A DNA stretch of 64,000 nucleotides, from assembly GCF_009914755.1 (NCBI RefSeq), contig NC_060926.1; one strand, given 5' to 3'. The DNA comes from the human T2T-CHM13v2.0 reference genome, Homo sapiens. Below, in pieces: positions 30,804-45,964 of the stretch (positions are counted from its first letter, which is position 1; the number at the start of each line of letters is the position of its first letter). Below the pieces are notes generated by a model. The model saw only the letters and a list, made by a program, of their open reading frames with translations, did no database searches and had not been told where the DNA came from. A program made the translations under genes and the position numbers.

Positions 30804-31380
30804 GATACAGAATGGCAGAATGCATAACAAATCACAATCCAAATATCTGCTGTCTTTAAAAGACTCACTTAACAACAGAATGACTCAAACAAACTCAAAG
30901 TAAAAGGGTGAAAAAAAGGTATTCCACACAAATGGAAATCAAAAGTGAGCAGGAGTAGCTATTCTTATATCAGACAAAACAGACTTCAAAGTAACAATAA
31001 CACAACAAAAAGACAAAGATGGTCACTATGTAATGATAAAAGGATCAATTCAACAAGAAGATGTTACAAATCTAAATTTATATGCATCTAACCCCGGAGC
31101 TCCTAGATTCATAAAACAATTACTACTAGACCTAAGAAATGAGATAGACAGCAAAACAATAACAGTGGGAGACTTCAATACACCACTACAACATTACACA
31201 GATCTTCAGGACAGAAAGTCAATAGAGAAACAATGGACCTAAATGACATGCTAGAACAAATAGATTTCACAATATTTACAGAACATTCTACCCAAGATCT
31301 GCAGAATACACATTTCTCTCATTAACACATGGAACATTCTTCAAGATAGACCATATGATAGGCCATAAAACAAATCTCAA

Positions 31381-31688
<308 letters not shown>

Positions 31689-34600
31689 TAAAAAATCAAA
31701 ATCATATCAAATATCTTCTGAGAACACAGTGCAATAAAACTAGAAATCAGCTCCAAAAGAAACCCTCAAAACTATACAAATACATGGAAATTAAGTAATC
31801 TGCTCTTGAATGAGTTGACAATGGAATAAAGATGAAAATTTTAAAATTCTTTGAATTAAATGATAATACTGAGACAAGTTATCAAAACTTCTGGGATACA
31901 ACAAAAGCATTGCTAAAAGAAAAGTTTATAGCACTAAATGCCTACATCAAAAAGTCTGAAAGAGCAGAAATTGACAACCTAATGTCACATCTCAAGGAAC
32001 CGGAGAAAAAAGAACAAACGAAACCTACAGCTAGAAGAAGAAAAGAAATAACAAAGATCAGAGCAGAACTAAATGAAATTCAAACCAAAAAAAATACAAA
32101 AGATCAACGAAACAAAAATCTGGTTCTTTGAAACAATAAACAAAATTGATAGACCATTAACTAGATTAATCAAGAAAAGAAGAGAGAAGACCCAAATAAG
32201 CTCAATTAGAAATGAAACTAGAGACATTACAACCAACACAACAGAAATTCAAAAGATCATTTGAGCATTTGAGACTACTATGAAGATCCTTATGCACATA
32301 AATGAGAAAACCCAGAGGGGATCAACAAATTCCTGAAAACATACAACCCTGCTAGATTAAATAAGGAAGAAATAGAAACCTTAAACAGACTGAAAACAAG
32401 CAGCGAGAATAAATCAGTAATTTAAGACTTTGCCAACAAAAAAAAGCCCAGGACCAGATGGATTCACGGCTTTCTACCAGACATTCAAAGAAAAAGTACC
32501 AATCCTACCGAAATTATTTGAAAAGATTGAGAAAGAAGGAATCCTCCCTAAATCATTCTATGAAGCTAGTATCATGCTGATGCCCAAACAAGGAAAGGAC
32601 ATAACAACAACAACAAAAAAGAAAACTATAGACCCTGATGTACATAAATATAAAAATCCTCAACAAAATATTATCTAACTGAATCCAAAGGCACATCAAA
32701 AAGATAACTCATCATGATCGAGTAGGTTTCATCCCCAGGATGCGGGGACGCTTTAACATATGCAAGTCAATAAATGTGACACATCACATAAACAGAATTA
32801 AAAACAAAAACTATATGATCATCTCAATAAATATGGAAAAAGCATTTGGCAAAATCCAGCACCCCTTTATGATAAAAAGTCTCAACAAACTAGGTGTAGA
32901 AGGGACCTACCTCAAAATAATGAAAACCATATGTGACAAACCCACAATCGACATCATACTGAATGGGGAAAAGTTGAAAGCATCCCCCTGCCTGAGAACA
33001 GGGAGACAAGGATGCCCACTTTCACCACTTCTATTCAACATAGTTCTGGAAGTACTAGCCACAGCAATCAGACAAGAGATAAAAACAAAGGGAATTTACA
33101 TTGGAAAAGCAGAAGTCAAACTATCACTGTTTGTAGATGATATGATTGTATATCTAGAAAATCCTGATGACTCCACCAAAAGACTTGTAGATTTGATGAA
33201 CAAATTCAGTGAAGTCTCAGGTTACAAAATCAATGTACACAAATCAGTAGCATTGCTATACACTAACCGTGACCAAGCTGAGAATCAAATCAAGAACATA
33301 ATCCCTTTTACAACAGCTGCAAAAAATAAAATAAAATAACATAAAATAAAATACATAGGAATATCCTAACCAAGGAGGTGAAAGACCTCGACAAGGAGAA
33401 CTACAAAACACTGCTGAAAGAAATCATAGATCACACAAACAAAAGGAAACGCATCCCATGCTCCTGGATTGGAAGAATGAGTATTGTGAAAATGACCAAA
33501 CTGCCCAAAGCAATCCACAGATTCAATGCAATTCTCATCAAAATATCATCATCATTCTTCACAGAATTAGAAAAAAAATCCAAAAATTCATATGGAACCA
33601 TAAGAGAGCCCAAATAGCCAAAGCAATCCTAAGCAAAAAGAACAAATCTGGAGGCATCACATTACCAGACTTCAAATTACACTACAAGACTATAGTTACT
33701 AAAACAGCATGGTACTGGTATAAAAGTAGGTAAGTAGGTACATATACCAATTTAACAGAATAGAGAAGCCAGAAATAAAGCCAAATACATACAGACAACT
33801 GATCCTCAACAAAGCACCCAAAACATAAATTGGGGAATGGACACCCTATTTAATAAATGGAGCTGGGAAAACTGTCATGCCACACTTAGAAGAATGAAAC
33901 TGGATCCCTATCTATCTCTCACCATACACAAAAATCAACTCAATATGGAACAAAGACTTAAATATAAGGCCTGAAACCATAAAAATTCTAGAAGACAATG
34001 TTGGAAAAACTCTTCCAGACATTGTCCTAGGCAAAGAATTCATGACTAAGACCCCAAAAGCAAATGTGATAAAAACAAAAATAAATAAATGGGACCTGAT
34101 TAAACTAAAAAGCTTCTGCACAGCAAATAATAATAATAATCATCATCATCAGAGGAAACGGACAACCCACAGAATGGGAGAAAATATTTGCAAACTACAC
34201 ATCCAATAAAGAACTATCCAGAATCTATAACGAACTCAAACAAATCAGCAAGAAAGAACAAATAATTCCATTAAAAAGTGGGCAAAGGATACGGATAGAC
34301 ATTTCTCAAAAGAAGATATACAAATGGCCAAGAAACATATAGACAAATACTCAACATTACTAATCATCAGGGAAATGCAAATTAAAACCACTATGAGATA
34401 CCACCTTACTCCTGCAAGGATGGCCTCTATTAAAAAGTCAAAAGACAATAGATGTTGGCACAGATGTAGGAGAAAGGGAATGCTTATACATTGCTGGTGG
34501 GAATGTGAATTAGTACAACCTCTATGGAAAACAGTATTGAGATTCCTTAAAGAGCTAAAAGTAGATCTGCCATTTGATCCAGCAATTCCATTACTGGGTA

Positions 34601-35982
34601 TCTACCCAAAGAAAAAGAAGCCATTATATGAAAAAGACATTTGTGCACACATGTTTATAACAGCACAATTCTCAATTGCAAAGATGTGAAACCAACCTAA
34701 GTGTCCATTGACTTATGATAAAGAAAATGTAGCATATGTACACCATGGAATACTACTCAGCCACTAAAAGGAACAAAATAATGTCTTTTGCAGCAACTGG
34801 GGTGGAGCTGGAGGCCAGAAGTAACACAGGAGTGGAAAACCAAGAACCATATTTTCTCACTTATCAATTGGAGCTAAGCTATGAGTATGCAAAGGCATAC
34901 AGAGTGACATAATGGACTTTAGAGACTAAGAAAGGGGAGGGTGGGAGAGGGGCCAGGGAAAAAACTACACATTAGGTATACCATACACTACTGAGGTGAT
35001 GGGCACACTAAAATCTCAGAATTCACCAATATATAATTCATCCATGCAACCAAAAACAACTTGTACCCCAAATGCTATTGAAATAAAAATAAAATCTTCA
35101 ATTGGTTTCCAGTATCTAAAAAATATAAAATCTAGACTTCTGTTTCGTTTGGAAATTCAGAAGACCTGGTAACACAGAGCCTGTGTTGATACTCAGCAAT
35201 AGTTGGCTGGAGGCAAGCTGTAGTTACAGCCTTTATTTGACGTTTACCCCAGTCTCCACCTCTCTCTTGTCTTTCCAACTCTAAACTCATGTCAATTAGC
35301 ACTTACCATTAAAGTTGTATTGAAGTGTTTCATGTGGTTAAGTGAAATGCCGTATTTCTCTTACCCTTGGTTCAAGAAAAATGAGAGCCTCCATTTTTAT
35401 TTGTGGAAGTGAAAAATATCCTTGCGTATTTACTCTGAGGAGTATAAAGGGTCCATAAAGCTCTTTTATGTAAAGAGCTCATAAAATTCAATAAGAAGAA
35501 ACTCAGCAATCCAGTGGGAAAGTGAAACATTATTGCAAAAAAAGTAGACAATGGAACAGCAAAGATGGAGCACTACGTGGAAAGTGCTCTTGCCCAGCAG
35601 GGAACTGGACCCAGTGAGGAGTCCAGGATTTACTCCTACATAAGATTGGGTAGAACTTTTAAAGCCCCAAACCAAAACAAATGGAAACAACTCTGCCTCA
35701 GGGTGAGAAAGCAACTCTGCCAAGTCGTTGACCCCAGTGACGTGGCTGGTGTGCCTGGGCCTGGGGCTAGGGTCTGCAGGGAAGGAGGCATTACCTGGGC
35801 GTAGCCTCCAGTCCCCATCTGATTCCAGTCATGGTCCCCAAGCAGGACTGCATCACCATCAGACAGAATGTGTGAATGTACAGGAGCAAATTACAGAAGT
35901 AGAAACACAAATGGCCCACAAGTATAGAAAAGACAACCAGCCACACTAACGAATACAGTTACGTTCATTAAAATGAGGTGCC

Positions 35983-36791
<809 letters not shown>

Positions 36792-36807
36792 CTATGTGAG
36801 ATGCATA

Positions 36808-37020
<213 letters not shown>

Positions 37021-37410
37021 TCCCACCCCAGCCTCCCAATACGTACAAATTTCTTAAACTGATGATAGTAAGTACTAGTGAGGGGAGACAAATCCATGTT
37101 TTGAAGTGCCAGTGGCAGAAGTTGCACTAATTATTTGGAGTACAATAGAGAATTGGCATGACAGTCAATTACTGGCCTATGGGAATGTTACCATGAGGAC
37201 ATCATGAACACGCTTTGCAATATCATTTATGACAGGGGAAAAAATAACCCCAAGGTCCATAAATATGATATATAAACAAATTACAGTAAACCATTCAGAG
37301 GCAGAAAAAAACTAAGATGTGCATGGCATTGAGTTAAGTGAAAAAAGAATCAAACTGAAGATCTAATGAGTATCGTGATCTAGTTTTTTTAAATGACAAA
37401 AGTAAAACTC

Positions 37411-37415
37411 ATGCA

Positions 37416-37462
<47 letters not shown>
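37411..37462. repeat. (GC)n(AC)n compound microsatellite
   Basis: ATGCATGCGCGCGCGCACACAC… ~50 bp of alternating purine/pyrimidine. Confidence 0.95.
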
Positions 37463-37464
<2 letters not shown>

Positions 37465-37577
37465 CTGCAGAGTCAAACTAATTGTTAAGAGGGCTAACTT
37501 TTTGTAGGGAAAGGTGGGAAGGTCCCTTTTCACTTACTCACTTCTTTATAGCTTGGGTTTTTTCAAGCAGGTGCTTA

Positions 37578-37908
<331 letters not shown>

Positions 37909-38889
37909 TTAAGCATGTTTGCTGGCAATAAAAAATGCAGAGAGGAATTTAGAGATGACCTTATTTAATTACTGGATATATGACAATGAAAGAGTGACTT
38001 GCCCAAGGTCACGGGCTCCTGGATGGAGAACTTGGGGTGGAGCCAAGGGATCCAGTTCCCCAAATCAAGAATTGTCCCATTAGGTCACTTTTCCTCAGCC
38101 AGAATGTTGGGGCTGGGTCAGGAGGGGTTGGTTCAAGAAAGGAGCTCTGCACCCAGGAGTTCACATCCGTGCCTGGAAGACAGTTTGCTGAGGCCACTGG
38201 GTCTGCTCCTAGATCCTCTGCTTGTCTCCTGTTTGCTCCTCTGGGCCCCCTGAGGGACTTCTGGGCTTTGGTCCTGCCCTGTGGGTAAGGAGGATCAGAC
38301 AGGGTGGTGACAGAGGACCCAGGAGAACTTGGAGTCCTGGTGCCCTATAGAGGCAGAGTTTCACCTAATTGGCCACGGGAGGCCCCGAGTCCCAGCCCTG
38401 CCAGAGAATCTTCCCCAGCACAGTGACCCCAAGTGCAGGTGCCTTACACAGAGCCCAGCAGATGGGAAAGGGGTGAGGATGGGGAGGTGTATGAGCCCAT
38501 CCCTCCCTCCTTTCACCAGAAACCTGGACCTCCTGTAGCCAGGATGTGGAGCACCAGGGTGATGCTCACTGAGACCCCAGGTGCCACCTCTGCCCCTCCC
38601 ACTGTCACTTCCCTGCACAGGAAGTCACAGCTGAAGTGTGAGGGGGCAGTAGTCCTTGGGGGCACCTCATTGTCATCCTCAGTGATAATAGAAACTCTGA
38701 GTCTTTGGTGCCCACCTCATTACTTCAGTGCAGGCCAGGGCACGGAGCACCTGGGAGCTCCCAGGCTCTGGTGAGTCATGTTCTGTCACGATGATTGCAG
38801 GAGACAGTGTGGTCCCCAGGGCGTGAGGCACAGTGGGCCCTGCCTGGCCGCTCTTGGGGGATGGAACCCTGAGCATGGCCCCGGCTGCT

Positions 38890-38988
38890 CTGTTGATGCA
38901 GCTCCCGTGCAGGCGTGGAGCACTCCCTGTGTGAGGACGTTCCTCCTGTTGATGCAGCTCCCGTGCAGGCGTGGAGCACTCCCTGTGC
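38890..38988 (-). repeat. Two inverted partial copies of the 57-bp VNTR unit
   Basis: TGTTGATGCAGCTCCCGTGCAGGCGTGGAGCACTCCCTGTG twice, the reverse complement of the 40.9-41.7 kb unit. Confidence 0.95.
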
Positions 38989-40883
38989 CTCAGCAGAGCA
39001 CTGCCTGGGCTCCAGGGTCACTTCAAACTGAATGTGAAGAGGAATAAGCAGGGAGACCCATATGAATGTGAGTTTAACGCAGTGGGCCTGAGATTCTGCA
39101 TTCTAGATAGTGACAGGTGACGTGGGTGCTGCAGCCCCAACCGCACTTGAGTAGCAAGCATTTACGGTGAAGGGACACAGGGCCAAGTCATCACAAACCG
39201 CGGGTCACAGAGAACACTGGTGCCTCTGCATTACCCAGAATGACATTGCTCAGGCTCGAGTTAATGGCCAGTTTTTTTTTTTTTTTTTTTTTGGTGTCCC
39301 TGCTGTAACCCTTGAGCCTCATAGGCAAGCAGGAGGCACTGTATATGTTTGTTCTTCTAACACGAAACGGCGTCTGGCTTTGCAGATACGCCTGCAATAG
39401 CTCCTCAGGTGCCACAGGCTTCCAGGCCGCCTCAGGGGTGCTGACCCAAGGCCCTGGAGGGGCTTCCTTGTCCTGGGAAATAGCTGCAGAGATGCTAAGC
39501 TGAGGCCCTCATGGGGGAGAGGTGTAAACTCTGCTGACTTGCAGGTGGCTGTAGGAAGATAGGTCCCTCTGGTCACTGTAGTTGCTCCTGTGTGGGTGAG
39601 TGACAGTGTAGGTGGCCTGGGGTGGGCGAGAGGGGGAGGGAGGCCCCGGGCAGTGGCTACAGCCAGGGAGTCACCTGAGCCACTGTTCAAGGTGTGCAGG
39701 GCAGGCCCCGCTCAGCTCGGTGTCCAGTCCCACCTATTGTCACCCCCATGCTCCCTGGGACCCCGCCCGGGCATCACCGCTCTGCCTGCCGTCTCTGCTG
39801 TCCCAGGAGAGGAAAATGACACTATTATCGTTTCACCTGACTCACTTTTTGTTAGAGTATCTGGGCTGTCATAGAGCACCACCCAGGAGGACGTGGGCTA
39901 AGAGGGACTTGGGGGAGAGTCCTGCCTGCATTGACAGCATTGCCCGCCCGCCTGTGCTTGCACACCGCCATTCTCAGTGACCTCACTCCCTCCCAAGGCA
40001 GCCCCGCCATGAAGCCCCAGACCTGACCTCTAGAGAACGTGCAGTCTGCTGTGAAATCACCATCTATCTCCACCCAGGTCTCGCTCCTCTGCCTGGGATG
40101 CACAAGCAGCTCCGTGCCCACATTCCTGCTCCTCCCTTGCTAGGGGGAGCCACCCAACCTCTCCCCATTCCTCTGGACTTCATGGAACCCCACTGGTTAC
40201 CAATGTCACTCTGGGGTGCAGTGCCCAGCCCTGCGTGGTCTGGCCATGACAGCACCCAGTCCGGGAAGGTGCAGAAGTGAGGGTGCCCAGTGCTTCTTAT
40301 TGCTCAAACAAGCCAAGCCCGGAGAAGCCAAGGACAGAGAAAAAGGGCTGCAGTGAGAACAAAGGCGGACCACGGCCATCTCTGGAATGTGTCTCAGCTG
40401 CCGCCCTGCTGGTCCTCAGACTATGGGCTGGCTTCATGAATATCTGCACATGGGCAGAAAGCTCCTGATATCCTCAAGGATGCAGGAAGCTCAGCTGATT
40501 AAATGCCAGTGCGGTCCAGGCTCAGAGTTGACTCTACTGAGGTGGGGCTCAGGGTCCTGCAGTGGAGAGAGAGAGCCCCCATCAGCCTGGGGAGTGTAGG
40601 GCTCTCTTCTGAGTCCAGGAGATGGAGTGGCCACTCTGCCCTGGGCCTGGTGGGCAGGAGGCTCTCAATGAGCATTTCTTGAATCAGTGAGTTAGGAAAA
40701 TAAGGCATAGAACGGGCAGGACTGGATACGTGAATGAGCTGAAATGGTAGGTGTGGGCTATCCCTTGGGGGCGGGAGGGCATGCACCTGGGTGGAGGGTC
40801 AGGGAGGCTGCAGCACTGCTCTTACACCAGAGTCACTCAGCTCTGGAAGCCTCTTTGCATCCCCATGGCAGCAGCTCCGCATG

Positions 40884-41685
40884 TCCTGCACAGGGAGTGC
40901 TCCACGCCTGCACAGGAGCTGCATCAACAGGAGGGAACGTCCCTGCACAGGGAGTGCTCCACACCTGCATGGGAGCTGCATCAACAGGAGGGAACGTCCC
41001 TGCACAGGGAGTGCTCCACACCTGCATGGGAGCTGCATCAACAGGAGGGAACGTCCCTGCACAGGGAGTGCTCCACGCCTGCATGGGAGCTGCATCAACA
41101 GGAGGGAACGTCCCTGCACAGGGAGTGCTCCACGCCTGCATGGGAGCTGCATCAACAGGAGGGAATGTCCTCACGCAAGGAGTGCTCGACACCTGTGTGG
41201 GGGCTGCATCAAAAGGAGGAAACATTCCCCACATAGGGAGTGCTCCACGCCTGCACAGGAGCTGCATCAACAGGAGGGAACATCCCTGCACAGGGAGTGC
41301 TCCACACCTGCATGGGAGCTGCATCAACAGGAGGGAACGTCCCTGCACAGGGAGTGCTCCACACCTGCATGGGAGCTGCATCAACAGGAGGGAACGTCCC
41401 TGCACAGGGAGTGCTCCACACCTGCATGGGAGCTGCATCAACAGGAGGGAACGTCCCTGCACAGGGAGTGCTCCACGCCTGCATGGGAGCTGCATCAACA
41501 GGAGGGAACGTCCCTGCACAGGGAGTGCTCCACGCCTGCATGGGAGCTGCATCAACAGGAGGGAATGTCCTCATGCAAGGAGTGCTCGACACCTGTGTGG
41601 GGGCTGCATCAAAAGGAGGAAACATTCCCCACATAGGGAGTGCTCCACGCCTGCATGGGAGCTGCATCAACAGAAGGGAATATCC
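40884..41685. repeat. Minisatellite/VNTR, 57-bp unit, 14 copies
   Basis: CCCTGCACAGGGAGTGCTCCAC(A/G)CCTGCATGGGAGCTGCATCAACAGGAGGGAACGT at 40941, 40998, 41055…. Confidence 0.97.
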
Positions 41686-41871
41686 CCCTTACGGGCCAGC
41701 GTGAGCTCATCCAGAAGCTGAACAGGGCAGCTGGTGGCCTCTTGCACACTGGCCAGCAATGCACCGGCTGGTCCCTGTGCTCCATGGGACATGTGATCCT
41801 GAGACTGTGACCTACTTCCTCTCATGGCCTCTTACTTTCTCTTTGCCCCACCATGTCCCTGCTCAGGGGTT

Positions 41872-42822
41872 ATGTCAACCCACAGAAATGGAAATCTCTC
41901 AGTGGTTCCTTTGTGGGAGAGCATGCTGAAGGGACTTGAGGGTGGCCTGGAGAACCAGGCCCTGCTCTTTGCTGTGTTCCCAGGTCTATACATGGTGACC
42001 ATCCCGGGAAACCTCACCATGACCATGGTCATCATCCTGGACACGCACCTGCACTTCCCAGTGAACTTCTTCCTCAGGAGCCTCCCCCTTCCTGGACCTT
42101 GGCCATGCCTCCATCACCCCAATGCCCTGGTTAACTTCTCTTCCTCGTCCAAGGTCGTCACCTTTGCAGGCTGTGCTGCCCGGTTCTTTTTCTCCTTGCT
42201 GTCTACCACTGAGACTTTCCTGCTGGCCGTGATGGCCTATGACTGCTTCGTGGCCATCTGTAGTCTGGTGTGGTGCCCAGTGACCACGTGCCTCTCGATC
42301 TGCATCATCCTGGGACCAGGCACCTACTGCAGGGTCTGCCTCAGCTCCATCGTGCAGACCGGCCTCATGTTCCAGCTCCCTTCTGCAGGGACCAACCACA
42401 TTGACCACTCTGTGACATGCCCCAGCTGCTCCGGCTGGCCTGTGCATGCCTGGCCCTCAATGAGCTGACCAAGTTCAGCCTTTGTGGGCTCATGATGGGA
42501 ACGCCACTCTTGTGGTCCTCGTCTCCTTTGGCTGTGTCACAGTGACCATCCTGAGGACACCCTCCGCAGCCAGTGACATAAGGTCTTCACCTGTAGCTCC
42601 CACGTGATGACCGTGTCCCTGTTTGATGGGACTGTGTTTGTCACATATGCCCAGCCAGGGACTATGGAGTCCATGGAGCAGGGCAAGGTGGTGTCTGTCT
42701 TCTACAGCCTGGTCATCCCGATGCTTGGCCCCTTCATCTACAGCCTACGAAACAAGGACATGAAGGAGGCCCTGCGGAGGCTGGGCCAGAGACAAGCACT
42801 CATGGGAAGGATGGTGGCCTGA
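41872..42822 (+). pseudogene. OR5S1P: Olfactory receptor pseudogene, near full length, several frameshifts (symbol tentative, from locus recall)
   Basis: N-glycosylation site NLS, GN in TM1, LHFPVNFFL (LHTPMYFFL), [37 protein letters not shown], spread over different frames; pyrimidine tract and CAG acceptor at 41864-41866 just before the ATG. Confidence 0.9.
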
Positions 42823-43488
42823 GAAAGACAGGGTGCCCTGGGGGCTGGAGGGAGGGCAGGAGGGAGACCCTGGGTGGTGAGGAGCCCCCACCCTTCCCCA
42901 GGTGCACATGGAATTGGATGCACTGGGCAATGTATTCACATCCCTCTAATCCCCCTGCAAAGCATGCTATGAGCAGGCAGTGACTAAGTGTGTGATGCAG
43001 AGATGGACAGGCATGTTCTGCGTCCAGGGCTCTAAAGGGTCAGACAGGGTGCAATGGTCCCAGTCATGTGAAGACCCAGCACAGCAAAATGAAGGGTCCA
43101 AAGCAGGGCGAGCCTTCTACCTCCCACCCGGCATGGCTTCTGGGCCATTCCATGTGTTTTCGTGGGAGAGAGGTTAGGTATTTGTGCATCCTGATCAAAC
43201 TTGTCAAAGAAAAAAATGTCGACGTGCAATTTATCCCCAACCCTCCAAACCCCTGCTCCCCCACTCCAGGCAGGGCCTGCCATGCCCGGTGGCCTCTTGA
43301 GAGCACGAACTGAAAGGGCCTCCTGCCTCCGCTTTTGCCTCTTTTCAGCTCATCTTCCACAGCATCCTCAAATAGGTCTGTTTAAAATAGTAACTTACCT
43401 CTCGCTTTCCCTCCATGCTGCCCCCCACCCCCAAGGTTCTCCCAACAAGCCCCCGGGTGCCATCTGGAAACCACCTGGCTGAATACAC

Positions 43489-43665
43489 ACCTCCCCCTCC
43501 TCCCCACTCTCCTTCTCCTTCCCCTCCTCCTTCTCCTCTCTTCCTCCTCCCATCCTCCTCTCCTCTCCTCCTCTCCTCTCCTCCTCCCCTCCTCCTCTCT
43601 TCCTCCTCCCATCCTCCTCTCCTCTCCTCCTCCCCTCCTCCTCTCTTCTCCTCCTCACCTTCCTC
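43489..43665. repeat. Polypyrimidine (CCT/CTC)n low-complexity tract
   Basis: ~175 bp almost purely C/T on the + strand. Confidence 0.95.
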
Positions 43666-44652
43666 AGGCTCCAGGCCAGGCTGTGGCTCTGCTGCATGCC
43701 GCTGTGCCCCACTGACCACCTCTAGATGTACTTCTTGGCTCACCTGGCAAGGAAGACGAAGAGGTTTGCAACTAAGGTGGTAATGGCGTGTAGAAATGAG
43801 GAAGGCTGAGGACCTCAAGGAAAAGAGAGGAAGGGGAGAGAGACTTGGCGAGGCTGGGGATTACGAGGTTGACTCTGAACCCGATGGTGATCATATCCAT
43901 CCGCACACACCACACTGCCGTGGCCCCAGCATCCTCAGAAGCCTCGGGATGGCCAAAGATGGGAGTCCTGTGCGTGGACGGATCAGGACCAGACCCTGCG
44001 AGAACAAGCAGGCTTGACCTCCACACACCGCTGGATCAAACACACCTCTGAACTTTATAAAAGGCCACAAAAATAAACGGATCCTGCTGCCGAGGGACAG
44101 ATATGAAAACACAAAGAATCCCATAAAACTGATTCGCACCACAAGGAACTCAATGTCTTTGGCAGGGAGCCAGAGGAACGCTTGGAAGACCAGCCTTTGA
44201 CACCATGCGGAGCTCATGCGTGCAGAAGCTCATGATCCCAGATGGCTGATGGAGACCACCTGTTCCTACAGATGAACAGGGCAGACACGGCTCAGATGTG
44301 CGTCTCCAGGACAAGTGTGGCATCTGAACTCTGCAGGCTGTTCAGTGGAAGCATCACAGAGGCAGCCCTTTCACGGGCATTCCATTCATCAGGAGTGTCT
44401 ATCTGATACCAGGGAGATAACCTATTTTTCTTTTTTCATTGGCTTGATGTGTGTATCTGTTCAGATCGAGGTTTATAAGCATATATTTTTAATAAATGTG
44501 CTCTATTTTTTAGCATGAACCAAATACTTGGAGAGACGCTCCCAGATCCATAGAGCTTTCCTTGGTTTCATCTGCTTTGCCCCCAGCTCCGACTGGCCGA
44601 TGTTTTCTTGTAGAGCCATTCTAGTCCTCTTGTCTCATTAATCTTTTAACTC

Positions 44653-44684
<32 letters not shown>

Positions 44685-44731
44685 TTCTCTGGTCTGGAAG
44701 ACATTTTTCCATAGTTTCAGCCACAGTTTAG

Positions 44732-45064
<333 letters not shown>

Positions 45065-45964
45065 GTTGCATGTTTTAAGATTATCCATTGAGTGGCATTT
45101 TGTTGTTTCATTGGAAACCTGAAACAATCAAAGGCACACACACCTTAGCTGCCCCGTATCTTTACTGAGAATTATGCATGCACAGAGCCGACTGATAGAT
45201 CAGCTTTAAATTAAAAGGATTACTATCAAGGAAGAAGAATGTGGCTCTATTTGCATATCAACTATTGGATGGAATATTCAGCTTCTTACTGGTCCCGTTA
45301 TTTCAGTCTTGTGGCCATTTATCAGATTTTTATTTTAATGGTCACCTACTATGAGGGCTGCCAAGAACAAGGGGTAAAGCTCATATTAGGTGCATAATTT
45401 CTTCCTTAGCCAGACACCTGGGATCCTCTTCAAAAGTGGGTTTTGAGGGTAAGTGACACATGAACTCCCCACTGTGAGAGCTCATGGTGGTTTGGGCTGT
45501 GACAAGTAACTTTTCAGGGGCACTAGGAAGGGATTTAGTGTCCTAAAAGACTGTTGTGCTTCTTAAAGCCCCTGGTTTACACCCACACAGAGGAAGCTGC
45601 TTCCTCTCTGGCAGGGATGATTAAATAAATACACATTAGACGTGTTCTTCCAGCTCCCTGAAATGGGCCTCTGCCTGGTTACAATGCCATGGCCTTAAAG
45701 AGAGGGTCAGTATACCTTCTGACAGTACCAGCCTTGCCCCTGGGCAGAAGAAGTAGCAGTCTTCCTGGTTGGACTCAAATGATGCTGAGGAGGCCTATGC
45801 CTCCAGATCTTCCCCTTCTCTGTGCTATGTTGTCTGAAATTCCACCATTAGAGAGTCATTTCTTGGGCTCTGTTAAAGGGACCAGACTCTTATAAAGCAA
45901 ATTCCCCTAGGCAGCTGGCTCTGACTTTGATTTATTAGATAGATGTCTTCTCTTCCCTGGTGTA

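Noticed and set aside
40884-41685. CRISPR-like appearance of regular repeats (also 57519-58025)
   Set aside because: Head-to-tail units with no unique spacers, no cas genes, human context
40744-41721. Long ORFs (325, 281, 240 aa and others) in nearly all frames
   Set aside because: Produced by a stop-free 57-bp (19-codon) tandem unit; no gene structure
41824-42468. 214-aa ORF as a functional receptor
   Set aside because: Compensating frameshifts scramble TM2, the DRY-equivalent is DCF, and the frame is lost before TM5
43345-43818. Glu/Arg/Gly-rich and Ser/Pro-rich ORFs
   Set aside because: Translation of the (CCT)n low-complexity tract
44056-44090. TATAAAAG followed by AATAAA in unique DNA
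   Set aside because: Isolated short motifs with no supporting exon or promoter context
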